In this document: one piece after another, positions 9,543 through 18,652 of the stretch | Layout: every line of letters begins with the position of its first letter | Position numbering within the stretch: the stretch's first letter is position 1 | NCBI GenBank assembly: GCA_050187415.1 | Contig: JBFWXN010000014.1 | Coordinates: 14,475-78,474 of the forward strand | From: Hyphomicrobiaceae bacterium | GTDB lineage: Bacteria > Pseudomonadota > Alphaproteobacteria > Rhizobiales > Hyphomicrobiaceae | Length of the DNA: 64,000 bases | Direction of reading: 5' to 3' | Notes under the pieces: model-generated | Databases searched by the model: none | Seen by the model: the letters and a program-made list of their open reading frames with translations, nothing else | What the model was told of the DNA's origin: nothing | Program-made: the position numbers and the translations under genes

Positions 9543-11231
9543 CTAGACGCGGTCCGGATCGAATGTCCCTTTGACGCCGCTGCCGTAGCGTCTCAGCGCA
9601 CCTTCGGGACCGACGGCGTTCGACCGCTGGAAAATCCAGTTCTGCCACGCGGTCAGCCGACCGAAAATTTTCGTCTCCATCGTCTCCGGACCGGCAAAGC
9701 GAAGATTCGCTTCGAGGCCCGTCAATGCGTCCGCCGAGAAGGAGGCGCGCTCCTCCAGGATCATGCGAACCTCGTCCTCCCAATCGACGTCGTCGAGGCT
9801 CTCGGTGACGAGGCCGAGGCTGGCGGCATCCGCAGCACCGAGCGCATCGCCCGTGCGCGACCTTGCCGCCTCGATACTCTCCGGTTCTCCGAGAAAACGC
9901 GCCTCCACGCGCGAAAGGCCGTTCGACATGCGATACCGGCCGAAATTCAGCTCGGAGAGCGCCAATGTGGCTTCGGAGCGATTATCGCCGCTGAGCCGTC
10001 CGTCCAGCATGTAGGAGCGGTCCGAGGCAAGGGCAATCTCGGCAAGCGTCCCTGAAAAACATGAACCCGGCTCGATCAGCGTGAGCAGCGACCGCGACGT
10101 GAGATCGATCCGCTTCAGGACGCGTTTCCAGTTGTTCAGGATCTCGCGCACCAGCCAATGCCCCTGATGCGCCGCCATCAGGGCATCGTAAGCCAGCACG
10201 CACGCCGCGTCGCCCTCCGATCGAAATACGATCGTGCCGATGGCTGGTTCATTGAAGCGCAGATGCAGGATCGCGTCGTCAAGCTCACGCGAAAGCCGCA
10301 GCGGATAGAAGGCAGCGCCTTCTGCCTTGATACCGGCCGCATCCGCGGGCGGTGGCGCGTCCGGACCCGACACCGTCACCACCGCGCGGCGGCCACCTCG
10401 ATCGATGTCGATGCGAACCGCGCTGTAGGTGATCGCATCGCCATCGATCGTACGCCCGAGCCCGGTCAAGGCGATACCCGCCTCCCCGGCCGGCCGGTCG
10501 GACGCCGACGCCAGCTCGTGCGCCAAATCGGCGGTCGCTTCCTCGAACGTCGAGCTTGTTGCGATACGGTCGACAAGGCGCCAGGCGACCGCGCGCTTTC
10601 CCTTCACACCTTCCTCTGTCGTGCAAAACGCGTCTGCCCGGTCGCGCCGCACTTTGCGCTTGTCCGTCACCCGCGTCAGGCCGCCCGTGCCGGGAAGCAC
10701 TGCGAGCAACGGCAACTCCGGCAGCGAGACCGTCGCGTTGCCGTCATCGGCAAGAAGGATCCGATCGCACGCCAAGGCCAGTTCGTAGCCGCCGCCCGCC
10801 GCCGTGCCCTTCACGGCACACAGGAACTTCTGGCCGGAATGCTCGGAGGAATCCTCCATCCCGTTCCGCGTTTCGTTGGTGAACTTGCAGAAGTTGACCT
10901 TGTGCCCATGCGTCGAAACCGCGAGCATGCGGATATTTGCACCCGCACAAAAAACGCGATCCTTGCCGGACTTCACCACCACCACCTTGACGCCCGGATG
11001 CTCGAATCTGAGCCGCTGCAGTGCGTCGGCAAGCTCGATATCGACGCCCAGATCATAGGAGTTGAGCTTCAGCTCATAGCCTTCGAAGAGCGTCGCGCGT
11101 TCGTCTACGTCCATGACCAGCTCGGCCATATCGCCATTCACCGCCAGCCGCCAATGACGATAGCTTTCAGGCGAACGCTCGAAATCGATGAGGCCCGAGG
11201 GCGCCGTCAATGATGGGGTCTCGTCTGCCAT
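9543..11231 (-). CDS. boxC: benzoyl-CoA-dihydrodiol lyase (BoxC-like, crotonase superfamily)
   Basis: ATG at 11231 follows GGAGGATCA. Long near-identical blocks to BoxC as I remember it: LKLNSYDLGVDIELADALQRLRFEHP, NFCKFTNETRNGMEDSS, GGGYELALACD, LPGTGGLTRVTDKRKVRRD. About 562 aa. Confidence 0.8.
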   Translation of the reverse strand: MADETPSLTAPSGLIDFERSPESYRHWRLAVNGDMAELVMDVDERATLFEGYELKLNSYDLGVDIELADALQRLRFEHPGVKVVVVKSGKDRVFCAGANIRMLAVSTHGHKVNFCKFTNETRNGMEDSSEHSGQKFLCAVKGTAAGGGYELALACDRILLADDGNATVSLPELPLLAVLPGTGGLTRVTDKRKVRRDRADAFCTTEEGVKGKRAVAWRLVDRIATSSTFEEATADLAHELASASDRPAGEAGIALTGLGRTIDGDAITYSAVRIDIDRGGRRAVVTVSGPDAPPPADAAGIKAEGAAFYPLRLSRELDDAILHLRFNEPAIGTIVFRSEGDAACVLAYDALMAAHQGHWLVREILNNWKRVLKRIDLTSRSLLTLIEPGSCFSGTLAEIALASDRSYMLDGRLSGDNRSEATLALSELNFGRYRMSNGLSRVEARFLGEPESIEAARSRTGDALGAADAASLGLVTESLDDVDWEDEVRMILEERASFSADALTGLEANLRFAGPETMETKIFGRLTAWQNWIFQRSNAVGPEGALRRYGSGVKGTFDPDRV

Positions 11232-11494
11232 TGATCCTCCGCGAGTCGCCGGACCTCGGTCCGCGTCAAGGTAGGGGCCTCTCGCGGGACAAGTCAAAGA
11301 GCCCTCGACCCGGTTGAACCGGGCATGCGATTTCGGCTGGCAGCAGTTCGGCTTGTCTGGACATGCGCCCGCACCTTGCTATCTTTTTCGCCAAGCCTGA
11401 TCTGAACGGGGCTCGACGCAACAATGGTCGGAATCGGCGGGGACGCGCGTGGCGTGACCTGTCGGTTTCGCGTGGGTGGAAACAAGGAGCGCAC

Positions 11495-13102
11495 ATGTAT
11501 CAGCACGCGGTAGACTTCATTGTCGTCGGAGCAGGCTCGGCCGGGTCCGCCCTAGCCTATCGGCTGACCGAAAACGGCAAGTATCGCGTGTTGCTGCTGG
11601 AAGCTGGCCAGGAAACGCACTGGCTTTCGCAGGTGCCGGTGTCATTCGCGCATTTCATCAATCGTCCAGGCGTCAATTGGCTCTTCGCATCCGAGGCGGA
11701 GAAGGCGACGGGTGGACGCCACATTCCCATCCCGCGTGGCAAGATGCTCGGGGGATCGAGTGCCATCAACGGCATGGTGTGGGTCCGCGGCCAGCGGCAG
11801 GACTTCGACACCTGGGCCCAACTCGGCAACCGCGGATGGAGCTACGAGGACGTGCTTCCCATCTTCAAGCGCCTCGAAAGCTACGAAGGCGGCAAGGCCG
11901 ACTTCCGCGGCCGCGAGGGGCCGGTGCGAATTTCCGATATTTTCGAAGGCGGACAGCTCTACGACTCATTTTTCGAGGCGGCCGAGACGGTCGGCATTCG
12001 TCGCAATGACGATTACAACGGGCCCGAGCAGGAAGGCATTGCCATGACGCAGGCGTCGATCCGCGGTGGGCGGCGCATGAGCACGTCGCGATGCTATCTC
12101 GAGCCGGCGCGCAAACGGCCCAACCTCGATATCGAGACCGGTGCCCTTGCCCAGCGACTGCTGTTCGACGGCAAGCGCTGCGTCGGCATTCGCTATCGTG
12201 TGGGCGATGAAGTGCGCGAAGCGCGCGCGGGCCGCGAGGTGATCGTGTCGACCGGTTCGATCTGCTCGCCGCAATTGCTGGAACTGTCGGGCATCGGCAA
12301 TCCCGCGCACCTGAAGTCTGTCGGCATCGATGTGTTGCATGCGTTGCCGGGCGTCGGAGAGAACCTGCGCGATCACTGGGCGCCACGGCTGAAATGGAAG
12401 GTCGGCCGCCACGGCGCGACCTATAACGAGAAGGCGCGGGGCATCAGCGCCATGGGGCAGGGCCTGCGCTACATTCTGACCGGCAAGGGCTTTCTCGCAC
12501 TCCCGGCGTCGCCTCTGCGCGCGTTTTTCAAGACGCGCGAGGGCCTCGCCAGCCCCGACGCGATGTTCATGCTCCAGCCGTTCCTGGTAACGCCCGACGT
12601 CAAGCTCGACAAAGAGGCCGGCATCACCATCATCACCCATCAGCAGCGGCCGGAGAGCAAAGGCTCTATCCACGTGTCGTCCAACGATGCCGCAAGGCCG
12701 CCTGCGGTTCGTTTCAATTTCCTGTCCGATCAGATCGATCGCGACTGCGTCGTCGCGGCGATGCGGACCGTGCGCAAGGTCGTCGAGGCCAAGCCTCTCG
12801 AGTGGCTGGAAGCCAAGGAATTCGGTCCCGGCAAGCAGGCCCAGAGCGATGATGAGCTGATCGACTACGTGACACGCACGGCCGAGACCGCCTATCACCC
12901 GATCGGCACCTGCAAGATGGGACCGGACACCGATCCCAACGCCGTCGTCGACGACAGGCTGCGCGTGCGCGGCATCGATGGCCTTCGCATCGCTGATGCC
13001 TCGGTCATGCCGACGCTGACGTCCGGCAACACCAATGCGCCTTCCATCATGATCGGCGAGAAGTGCTCGTCGATGGTACTCGAGACGGCCGAGGCGGCCT
13101 GA
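11495..13102 (+). CDS. GMC family oxidoreductase
   Basis: ATG at 11495 lies 5 nt after AAGGAG. VDFIVVGAGSAGSALAYRLT, GGSSAINGMVWVRG, YHPIGTCKMG, LRIADASVMP. Paralogous in type to 6442..8154. Confidence 0.9.
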   Translation: MYQHAVDFIVVGAGSAGSALAYRLTENGKYRVLLLEAGQETHWLSQVPVSFAHFINRPGVNWLFASEAEKATGGRHIPIPRGKMLGGSSAINGMVWVRGQRQDFDTWAQLGNRGWSYEDVLPIFKRLESYEGGKADFRGREGPVRISDIFEGGQLYDSFFEAAETVGIRRNDDYNGPEQEGIAMTQASIRGGRRMSTSRCYLEPARKRPNLDIETGALAQRLLFDGKRCVGIRYRVGDEVREARAGREVIVSTGSICSPQLLELSGIGNPAHLKSVGIDVLHALPGVGENLRDHWAPRLKWKVGRHGATYNEKARGISAMGQGLRYILTGKGFLALPASPLRAFFKTREGLASPDAMFMLQPFLVTPDVKLDKEAGITIITHQQRPESKGSIHVSSNDAARPPAVRFNFLSDQIDRDCVVAAMRTVRKVVEAKPLEWLEAKEFGPGKQAQSDDELIDYVTRTAETAYHPIGTCKMGPDTDPNAVVDDRLRVRGIDGLRIADASVMPTLTSGNTNAPSIMIGEKCSSMVLETAEAA

Positions 13103-13443
13103 GCCCCCGTCCACCGTCTCGTCTCCAAGGTCGAGCCGCGCGTCGACCGGCGGCGCGCGCAAGGCGCATTCGACGGAGCGCTGATGCGTATCGCACAGGG
13201 AAACGCGCGCGTCGCGACGCGCGTATCTGGAGCGCAATGGAATCGAGGCGACCTGAGTGCCGTCGCCCGCGAGGGCCGGCATCGACGCCGCAACTTGCCG
13301 CGCCGATGACAAGCTTCCGCCATCGGCGGACGTAATTACGGCCCATTGCCGCCGAAACGGCCGTTTAGTCTGCACCGAGATCGTATTCGTCGACGTCGCG
13401 CCGCGTCCTGCCGGCGCCCTCGGCGCTTAACGATCCGTCAAGG

Positions 13444-13459
13444 TTAACCATAATTTAAC
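13444..13459. promoter_or_regulatory. perfect CtrA-type box TTAA-N7-TTAAC upstream of the extensin-family gene
   Basis: TTAACCATAATTTAAC lies 24 nt upstream of ATG 13483. A second, degenerate box TTAACGATCCGTCAA is at 13427..13441. TTAA tetramers are rare in this high-GC window. Confidence 0.5.
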
Positions 13460-13482
13460 ACTTCATCGATAAACGACCGCCC

Positions 13483-14181
13483 ATGTCTGTATCGCGTCTG
13501 GTTCGTGTGTCGGCGGTGATTTCAGCCCTTCTTGTTCTCTGGGGCTGCGCCCGCGTGGGCTCGTTCACACCAAGCGGACCGGCTTTCAGGCAGTCCCGGA
13601 TGCCGGAAACGTGGCGCCGCACCGAGGAAAGCCGATGTATGGCACTGGGGCTCGCGCGCCCCTCCCCATTCCTTGCGCAACGCAGCTCCCTCGGCGGTCC
13701 CGGACGATGCGGCGCCTCCTATCCCTTCGAAATGTCCGGGGCATTGGGCGGGCGTGTCGCCATGCACCCGGCGGCGACGCTACGCTGCGAAATGATTCCC
13801 GCAGTCGACAAGTGGATGGCCGAGGTCGTGCTGCCGATCGCTCGCCGGCACTTCGGCTCCTCCGTGGTGGAGATCAAGGTGGCCGCCTCCTATTCGTGCC
13901 GCCCCATGAACAACGTCTGGGGTGCAAAGTTGTCGGAGCATGGCCATGCCAACGCCCTCGATGTTTCGGCATTCAAGCTCGCGGACGGCCGCTGGATCGC
14001 GGTGAAGAGCGGCTGGAACGGTGATCCGGACGAACGCTCGTTCCTGCGCGACGTCCACGATGGAGCATGCAAAATCTTCACCACCGTGCTCGGCCCGCTG
14101 GCGGATCGTCATCATCACGACCATTTCCACCTGGACCTTGCCCGGCACGGACGGGACGGGCGCATGATGATCTGCCGGTAG
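13483..14181 (+). CDS. extensin family protein; lipoprotein with LAS-type (HxxxxxxD / HxH) zinc-peptidase signature
   Basis: Lipobox-like LLVLWGC. C-terminal domain has SYSCRPMNN, SEHGHANALDV (H-x6-D) and HHHDHFHLDL (HxH), the extensin-like C-terminal family as I recall it. Confidence 0.75.
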   Translation: MSVSRLVRVSAVISALLVLWGCARVGSFTPSGPAFRQSRMPETWRRTEESRCMALGLARPSPFLAQRSSLGGPGRCGASYPFEMSGALGGRVAMHPAATLRCEMIPAVDKWMAEVVLPIARRHFGSSVVEIKVAASYSCRPMNNVWGAKLSEHGHANALDVSAFKLADGRWIAVKSGWNGDPDERSFLRDVHDGACKIFTTVLGPLADRHHHDHFHLDLARHGRDGRMMICR

Positions 14182-14383
14182 CAGCGGCGAGTAGCCAACA
14201 TTCCCATCTCAAGCGGCCGGCTCCACGGCACCGCTCGTTTGCCACGAGTCGAGTGCGTGACCTGGGGCGGCGACGTCGCCACCCTCCGACCGGACAACAT
14301 CAGGTCCAGCGTATTGACGCAGAACGCTTGCCTCACTCATGATGAGCCGAACGCAGGCGCGCTCGGCAGCCCGTGCCGCTTGC

Positions 14384-15583
14384 CTATCGCTCCGCAGCCC
14401 GAATCCGCCTCGCTCGCACGGCTTCGAATGCGTTCGTGAAGGCGATCGCGCCGGACTTCCGCAGGCCATGGTTCATCCGGTCGTCGAGCGCAGCCAGCAA
14501 TTCGGCTGATGTGCGATCCCGCACGATTGAATTGCGATTGTACGCGTTCTCGGCGAAGAAGTTGGACGTCGGCATCGTGCGGCCGACCGTATCCATCATG
14601 TCGAGCCCCGTCTGCGGCCCGGCGAGATTCATCAACTCGATCTCGGCGCCATTGAGGTGCGGGCGGCCAGCCTTTTCGGCGTATTCACGCAAACCTTGCA
14701 ACTTGACCGTCTGCAGCCAAGGACCGATGTCACCGTCGAGATTGAGAGCGTGGATACCAAGCCCTCTTGCGGTGTGGGAGAAAGCCACGTGCGCACTCCA
14801 CCGGTTGGGCACGGAGCGCGCGCCCTTGAGCATGCGCCGTACGACCGTGGCCTTGGCCAGAAGCTCGGCCCGCCGCCGCCCGCCGGCGCGCGCCGCGAGC
14901 GACCGCAGGCGCGATACGAACGTGGTCCCGTGCTTCACCAACTCGTCGACCGAGTTGGCCGCGAGAAGCTGGGCATAGCCGAGCGCCGACGAAATCGGCC
15001 GCCCCTTCTTCGTATCAGGATCGATCCCGGCCTGCATGTCGTAGGTGCCGCGCCCTCCTGTTTCGAGAGCGTAGACTCGCACGACCTGATCCTTCGTGAG
15101 GCCGAGCGAAAGCGCCTCCTCGGCATAGCGCAGCTTGAACTCGTCTTCCGAGACGCGAATTGGCACGAAGCCGTAAACCCTGCGCGCCTGCAGAAGGAAA
15201 TCGGAGAGGTCCGCCATCGTCGACGAGGGTGGTTCCGACGGCGGCGCGAGACCGGCGATGATCTTGGCCACATCCGGAGGCATGGCGGGTCCAGCATACT
15301 TCGGAGGCTTCACGGCGACGAAGTCATCGGTCGTGAAAGCTTGCTTGGCCGAGCGCTTGCGCCGCCGCTGCTGCTTCAATTCCTCGATCACGGCCCAATA
15401 GGCATCCGTCTCTTTGGCGTGTTGGGACTTGGCCCTGAGATAGAGCACATAGGCGCGCGTCTGCGCCTCGCTCAATCTGCCCGCCAGATCCTCGCCGATG
15501 CGCTGCGCGCTAGCTTCGCCGCAGAAGGCTGCAGCCATCAGCAAGAGGGCGACCCCACGGGTGATCAAGTTTGCCATGAGCAC
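14384..15583 (-). CDS. secreted protein, possibly lysozyme-like/lytic transglycosylase fold
   Basis: GTG at 15583 lies 9 nt after GGGAGG (ATG alternative at 15577). Signal peptide LITRGVALLLMAAAFCGEASA. YALETGGRG...SSALGYAQLL is weakly reminiscent of SLT catalytic Glu and GxxQ motifs. The function is tentative. Confidence 0.5.
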   Translation of the reverse strand: MLMANLITRGVALLLMAAAFCGEASAQRIGEDLAGRLSEAQTRAYVLYLRAKSQHAKETDAYWAVIEELKQQRRRKRSAKQAFTTDDFVAVKPPKYAGPAMPPDVAKIIAGLAPPSEPPSSTMADLSDFLLQARRVYGFVPIRVSEDEFKLRYAEEALSLGLTKDQVVRVYALETGGRGTYDMQAGIDPDTKKGRPISSALGYAQLLAANSVDELVKHGTTFVSRLRSLAARAGGRRRAELLAKATVVRRMLKGARSVPNRWSAHVAFSHTARGLGIHALNLDGDIGPWLQTVKLQGLREYAEKAGRPHLNGAEIELMNLAGPQTGLDMMDTVGRTMPTSNFFAENAYNRNSIVRDRTSAELLAALDDRMNHGLRKSGAIAFTNAFEAVRARRIRAAER

Positions 15584-15715
15584 GCGCGATCACCTCCCTC
15601 GCGATCCGGCCGGCACATCGGCGGCGTCAACGGCCGCTCATCGAGGGTAAGGGCCACAGAAATGTGAGCCTGACAAGGCAAGCTGGACTGGAGGTATGGC
15701 AAATCGAGAGGTGCC

Positions 15716-15814
15716 CCGGACGGCAATGGGGGAGGGGAGATTGCCATCCGGGGATTGGCCCACCGGCCGCGGGGAGTCGGCCTTATGAGCCGCGCCACCG
15801 CGGGGGACGGTGGC
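15716..15814 (-). ncRNA. three consecutive hairpins with C/U-rich (anti-SD-like) loops; candidate sRNA or 5'-UTR element
   Basis: Read on the minus strand, GCCACCG-UCCCCCG-CGGUGGC is at 15814..15794 and GGCCG-ACUCCCCG-CGGCC at 15783..15766. CCGGAUGGCAAU-CUCCCCUCCCCC-AUUGCCGUCCGG is at 15751..15716. Confidence 0.25.
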
Positions 15815-16028
15815 AAGTGCTGCACGTCTATGAACTGGCCGGACCGGAGATAGTTCCACGTGGCAACCACTGCCATGGAGGAGCCGTCGAAGCCAACACC
15901 ACGAGGATCTTTCAGGCCGGTCCGGCCATGCACCTGAGATAGTTGCGCGTGGCCGAACTACGAGGCCGCCGTTGATCAACGTCGTTCACGAATTCGTTTT
16001 CGGGATAAACAGGGTTTGCTGTGCCGCC

Positions 16029-16056
16029 TTGCAGCAAACCTTGTCGTGCCTATAGT
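16029..16056 (+). promoter_or_regulatory. candidate sigma-70-type promoter for argG
   Basis: TTGCAG (16029..16034), a 16-nt spacer, then TATAGT (16051..16056), 34 nt upstream of the argG ATG. It overlaps a 9-bp inverted repeat GGTTTGCTG/CAGCAAACC (16013..16040). Confidence 0.3.
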
Positions 16057-16089
16057 GCGCGCCATCGACGAGGCTCGGGAGAGTATGAG

Positions 16090-17343
16090 ATGGCGATCAG
16101 CGCTGAAGGCAGCCAAGATCTCAAAGGCAAGGTGAGGCGCGTCGTGCTGGCCTACTCCGGTGGCCTCGATACATCGATCATTTTGAAATGGCTTCAGGAA
16201 ACATACGGCTGCGAGGTCGTCACCTTTACCGCCGACCTCGGCCAGGGCGAGGAACTGGGGCCCGCCCGCGAGAAGGCGCTGATGCTTGGCATCAAGCCTG
16301 AGCATATCTTCATCGAAGACCTGCGTGAGGAGTTCGTCCGCGACTTCGTCTTCCCGATGTTCCGTGCCAACGCACTGTATGAGGGCGTCTACCTGCTCGG
16401 AACCTCGATCGCACGCCCCCTCATCTCGAAGGCGCAGATCGATATCGCGCGCAAGGTCGGAGCAGACGCGGTTTGCCATGGCGCAACGGGCAAGGGCAAT
16501 GATCAGGTTCGGTTCGAACTGTCGTACTACGCACTCGAGCCGTCGATCCGCATCATAGCGCCCTGGCGCGAGTGGACGTTCAAGAGCCGCACGGACCTTC
16601 TCGAGTTCGCCCGCAGCCATCAGATCCCGATCGCCAAGGACAAAGAGGGCGATGCCCCGTTCTCGGTCGACGCCAACCTCCTGCACTCCTCGTCGGAGGG
16701 CAAGGTTCTGGAAGACCCCGCCGTCAAGCCGCCGGAGATGGTCTACCAGCGCACAATTTCGCCGATGGCCGCGCCGGACAAGGTGACGACGGTCCGAATC
16801 GGCTTTTCCAAGGGCGACGCCGTTTCGATCGACGGCAAGCCGATGAGCCCCGCCACCGTGCTGAAAGCGCTCAATGACCTTGGTCGCGACAACGGCATCG
16901 GCCGCCTCGATCTGGTCGAGAACCGGTTCGTCGGCATGAAGAGCCGCGGCGTCTACGAAACCCCGGGCGGTACGATCCTGATTGCGGCGCACAGGGCCAT
17001 CGAGTCGATCACACTCGATCGCGGCGCAGCCCATCTCAAGGACGAGTTGATGCCGCGCTATGCCGAGCTGATCTATAACGGCTTCTGGTTCTCGCCCGAG
17101 CGCGAGATGCTCCAGGCGCTGATCGACAGGAGCCAGGAGCACGTCGAGGGCGAGGTGACGCTCGAACTCTACAAAGGCAACGTCATGGTCACCGGGCGCG
17201 AGAGCCCGCAGTCACTCTATTCGCCCACGCTCGTCACTTTCGAGGACGACCGCGGTGCCTACGACCAGAAGGATGCCGCCGGCTTCATCCGCCTCAATGC
17301 GTTGCGATTGAGAACGCTGGGGCAAAGGCACCGAGAGGGCTGA
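16090..17343 (+). CDS. argG: argininosuccinate synthase
   Basis: [13 protein letters not shown]-loop-like motif, [37 protein letters not shown]. 417 aa. Confidence 0.95.
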   Translation: MAISAEGSQDLKGKVRRVVLAYSGGLDTSIILKWLQETYGCEVVTFTADLGQGEELGPAREKALMLGIKPEHIFIEDLREEFVRDFVFPMFRANALYEGVYLLGTSIARPLISKAQIDIARKVGADAVCHGATGKGNDQVRFELSYYALEPSIRIIAPWREWTFKSRTDLLEFARSHQIPIAKDKEGDAPFSVDANLLHSSSEGKVLEDPAVKPPEMVYQRTISPMAAPDKVTTVRIGFSKGDAVSIDGKPMSPATVLKALNDLGRDNGIGRLDLVENRFVGMKSRGVYETPGGTILIAAHRAIESITLDRGAAHLKDELMPRYAELIYNGFWFSPEREMLQALIDRSQEHVEGEVTLELYKGNVMVTGRESPQSLYSPTLVTFEDDRGAYDQKDAAGFIRLNALRLRTLGQRHREG

Positions 17344-17445
17344 GCCGCGGGACGGCTGACGGCGATGCCGCATTCGATCCCCCTCGACGTGTCGCCAGCG
17401 CGACCGGCCAATGTTTGTCCGAACGACCTGCGGAGCATAGACGGC

Positions 17446-17718
17446 ATGACCGCGTCCGAAACTTCCTATCCCGCCATGCGGGCCAGGCGCAAGCTGCCGC
17501 CACAATACGCCGGCATCGTCCTGCCGCTGTTGCTGTCGATCATAATGACGTGGGTCGTTTCGTTCATCAGCACGGCACACGCCATCGGCCTCGTCGCTGG
17601 CTTGTGGCAGGCATGGCTTTCGGCCTGGATGCTGTCGTGGCTCGTCGCGTTCCCCGTATTGCTTGTCGTCCTGCCCGTTGTGCGTCGACTGACAAATCTG
17701 CTGGTTCGTCCGGCATGA
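17446..17718 (+). CDS. DUF2798-like small membrane protein
   Basis: RKLPPQYAGIVLPLLLSIIMTWVVSFIST...AWLSAWMLSWLVAFPVLLVVLPVVRRL. Two hydrophobic helices in the pattern I associate with DUF2798. The start is uncertain (ATG 17446 after GGAG; track ORF from 17365). Confidence 0.6.
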   Translation: MTASETSYPAMRARRKLPPQYAGIVLPLLLSIIMTWVVSFISTAHAIGLVAGLWQAWLSAWMLSWLVAFPVLLVVLPVVRRLTNLLVRPA

Positions 17719-17737
17719 GAAACCATGGAACCAGACC

Positions 17738-18418
17738 ATGATCACCCGCTTCGAGCTTGGCCGTATCGCCGGCGTGCCGATCTACCTCGACATGATCCTG
17801 GTGCTGATCCTTATTCTATTCAGCCATCGGTACTTCACGAGCGGCGACGCGCAACTCATGTCGGCCGGGATACTGATCATCATCGGCATTCTTTTCTCCA
17901 TCCTCCTGCACGAGTTGGGGCACATGCTCGCTGCGCGCATCTGGAGGGTGAGGACAGACGAGATCGAGATCGGCGGCCTCGGCGGCATTGCTCGCTTCTC
18001 GTCGTCCCTGCCGAGATCGGTCATGGCCCAGACTGTGATCTATCTCGCCGGTCCAGCCGCCAATCTTCTATTATGGAAGGGCTTCGGCGCACTGACGATC
18101 GAGGCTTGGGACCAGGGCAAGCCGATGCTTGGCATCGCGCTCGCCTCGCTTTCCGGCATCAACTTCTGGCTGATGATCTTCAATCTGCTGCCGGCCTTTC
18201 CGCTCGACGGCGGCCGCACCCTGGAGGCCTGGTTGACCGCGGCGCTCGGTTATGTGTGGGCCATCCGCATCGTGGCTGCCCTCGGACTGGTCGTCACCGC
18301 GCTTGTCGTTTGGATGGCGCTGCCGCTTAATATCTGGCTGCTTTTCGTGGCCTTCGCTTTGTTTCAAGCCAATTGGGGAGCGCTCGACACGGTGGGCGGA
18401 TTCAGAGGCCGGCGCTGA
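17738..18418 (+). CDS. site-2 protease (peptidase M50) family protein
   Basis: HELGHMLAAR (HExxH) inside a TM helix, a downstream NLLPAFPLDGG motif, and multiple TM segments. Confidence 0.8.
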   Translation: MITRFELGRIAGVPIYLDMILVLILILFSHRYFTSGDAQLMSAGILIIIGILFSILLHELGHMLAARIWRVRTDEIEIGGLGGIARFSSSLPRSVMAQTVIYLAGPAANLLLWKGFGALTIEAWDQGKPMLGIALASLSGINFWLMIFNLLPAFPLDGGRTLEAWLTAALGYVWAIRIVAALGLVVTALVVWMALPLNIWLLFVAFALFQANWGALDTVGGFRGRR

Positions 18419-18652
18419 TGCATCGGAGATCGCATGCGGGCCATGTCTCGGAAGGCTCTCTGCCGCACGCAAGGTTCAAAGACGCTTGAGAATCATGGCG
18501 TTCCAAAGCAACGGACGCGCAACCCGACAGGGTCGTCACCGACGCTTGCTGTCCGGACTTTTCGGCGCGACCCGTTTGGCCTAGCCTGGAGCGCTCATAA
18601 GGTGCCCGGTGCACGACATCGGCCGCCAGAAGACTTGCGAGGAGAATGTCCA

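Noticed and set aside
15565-15933. 122-aa minus-strand ORF running through the hairpin array upstream of the lysozyme-like gene.
   Set aside because: The translation is Pro-rich and low-complexity, dominated by the C-rich loops. It overlaps the start of the downstream gene in another frame and is more plausibly non-coding RNA or UTR.
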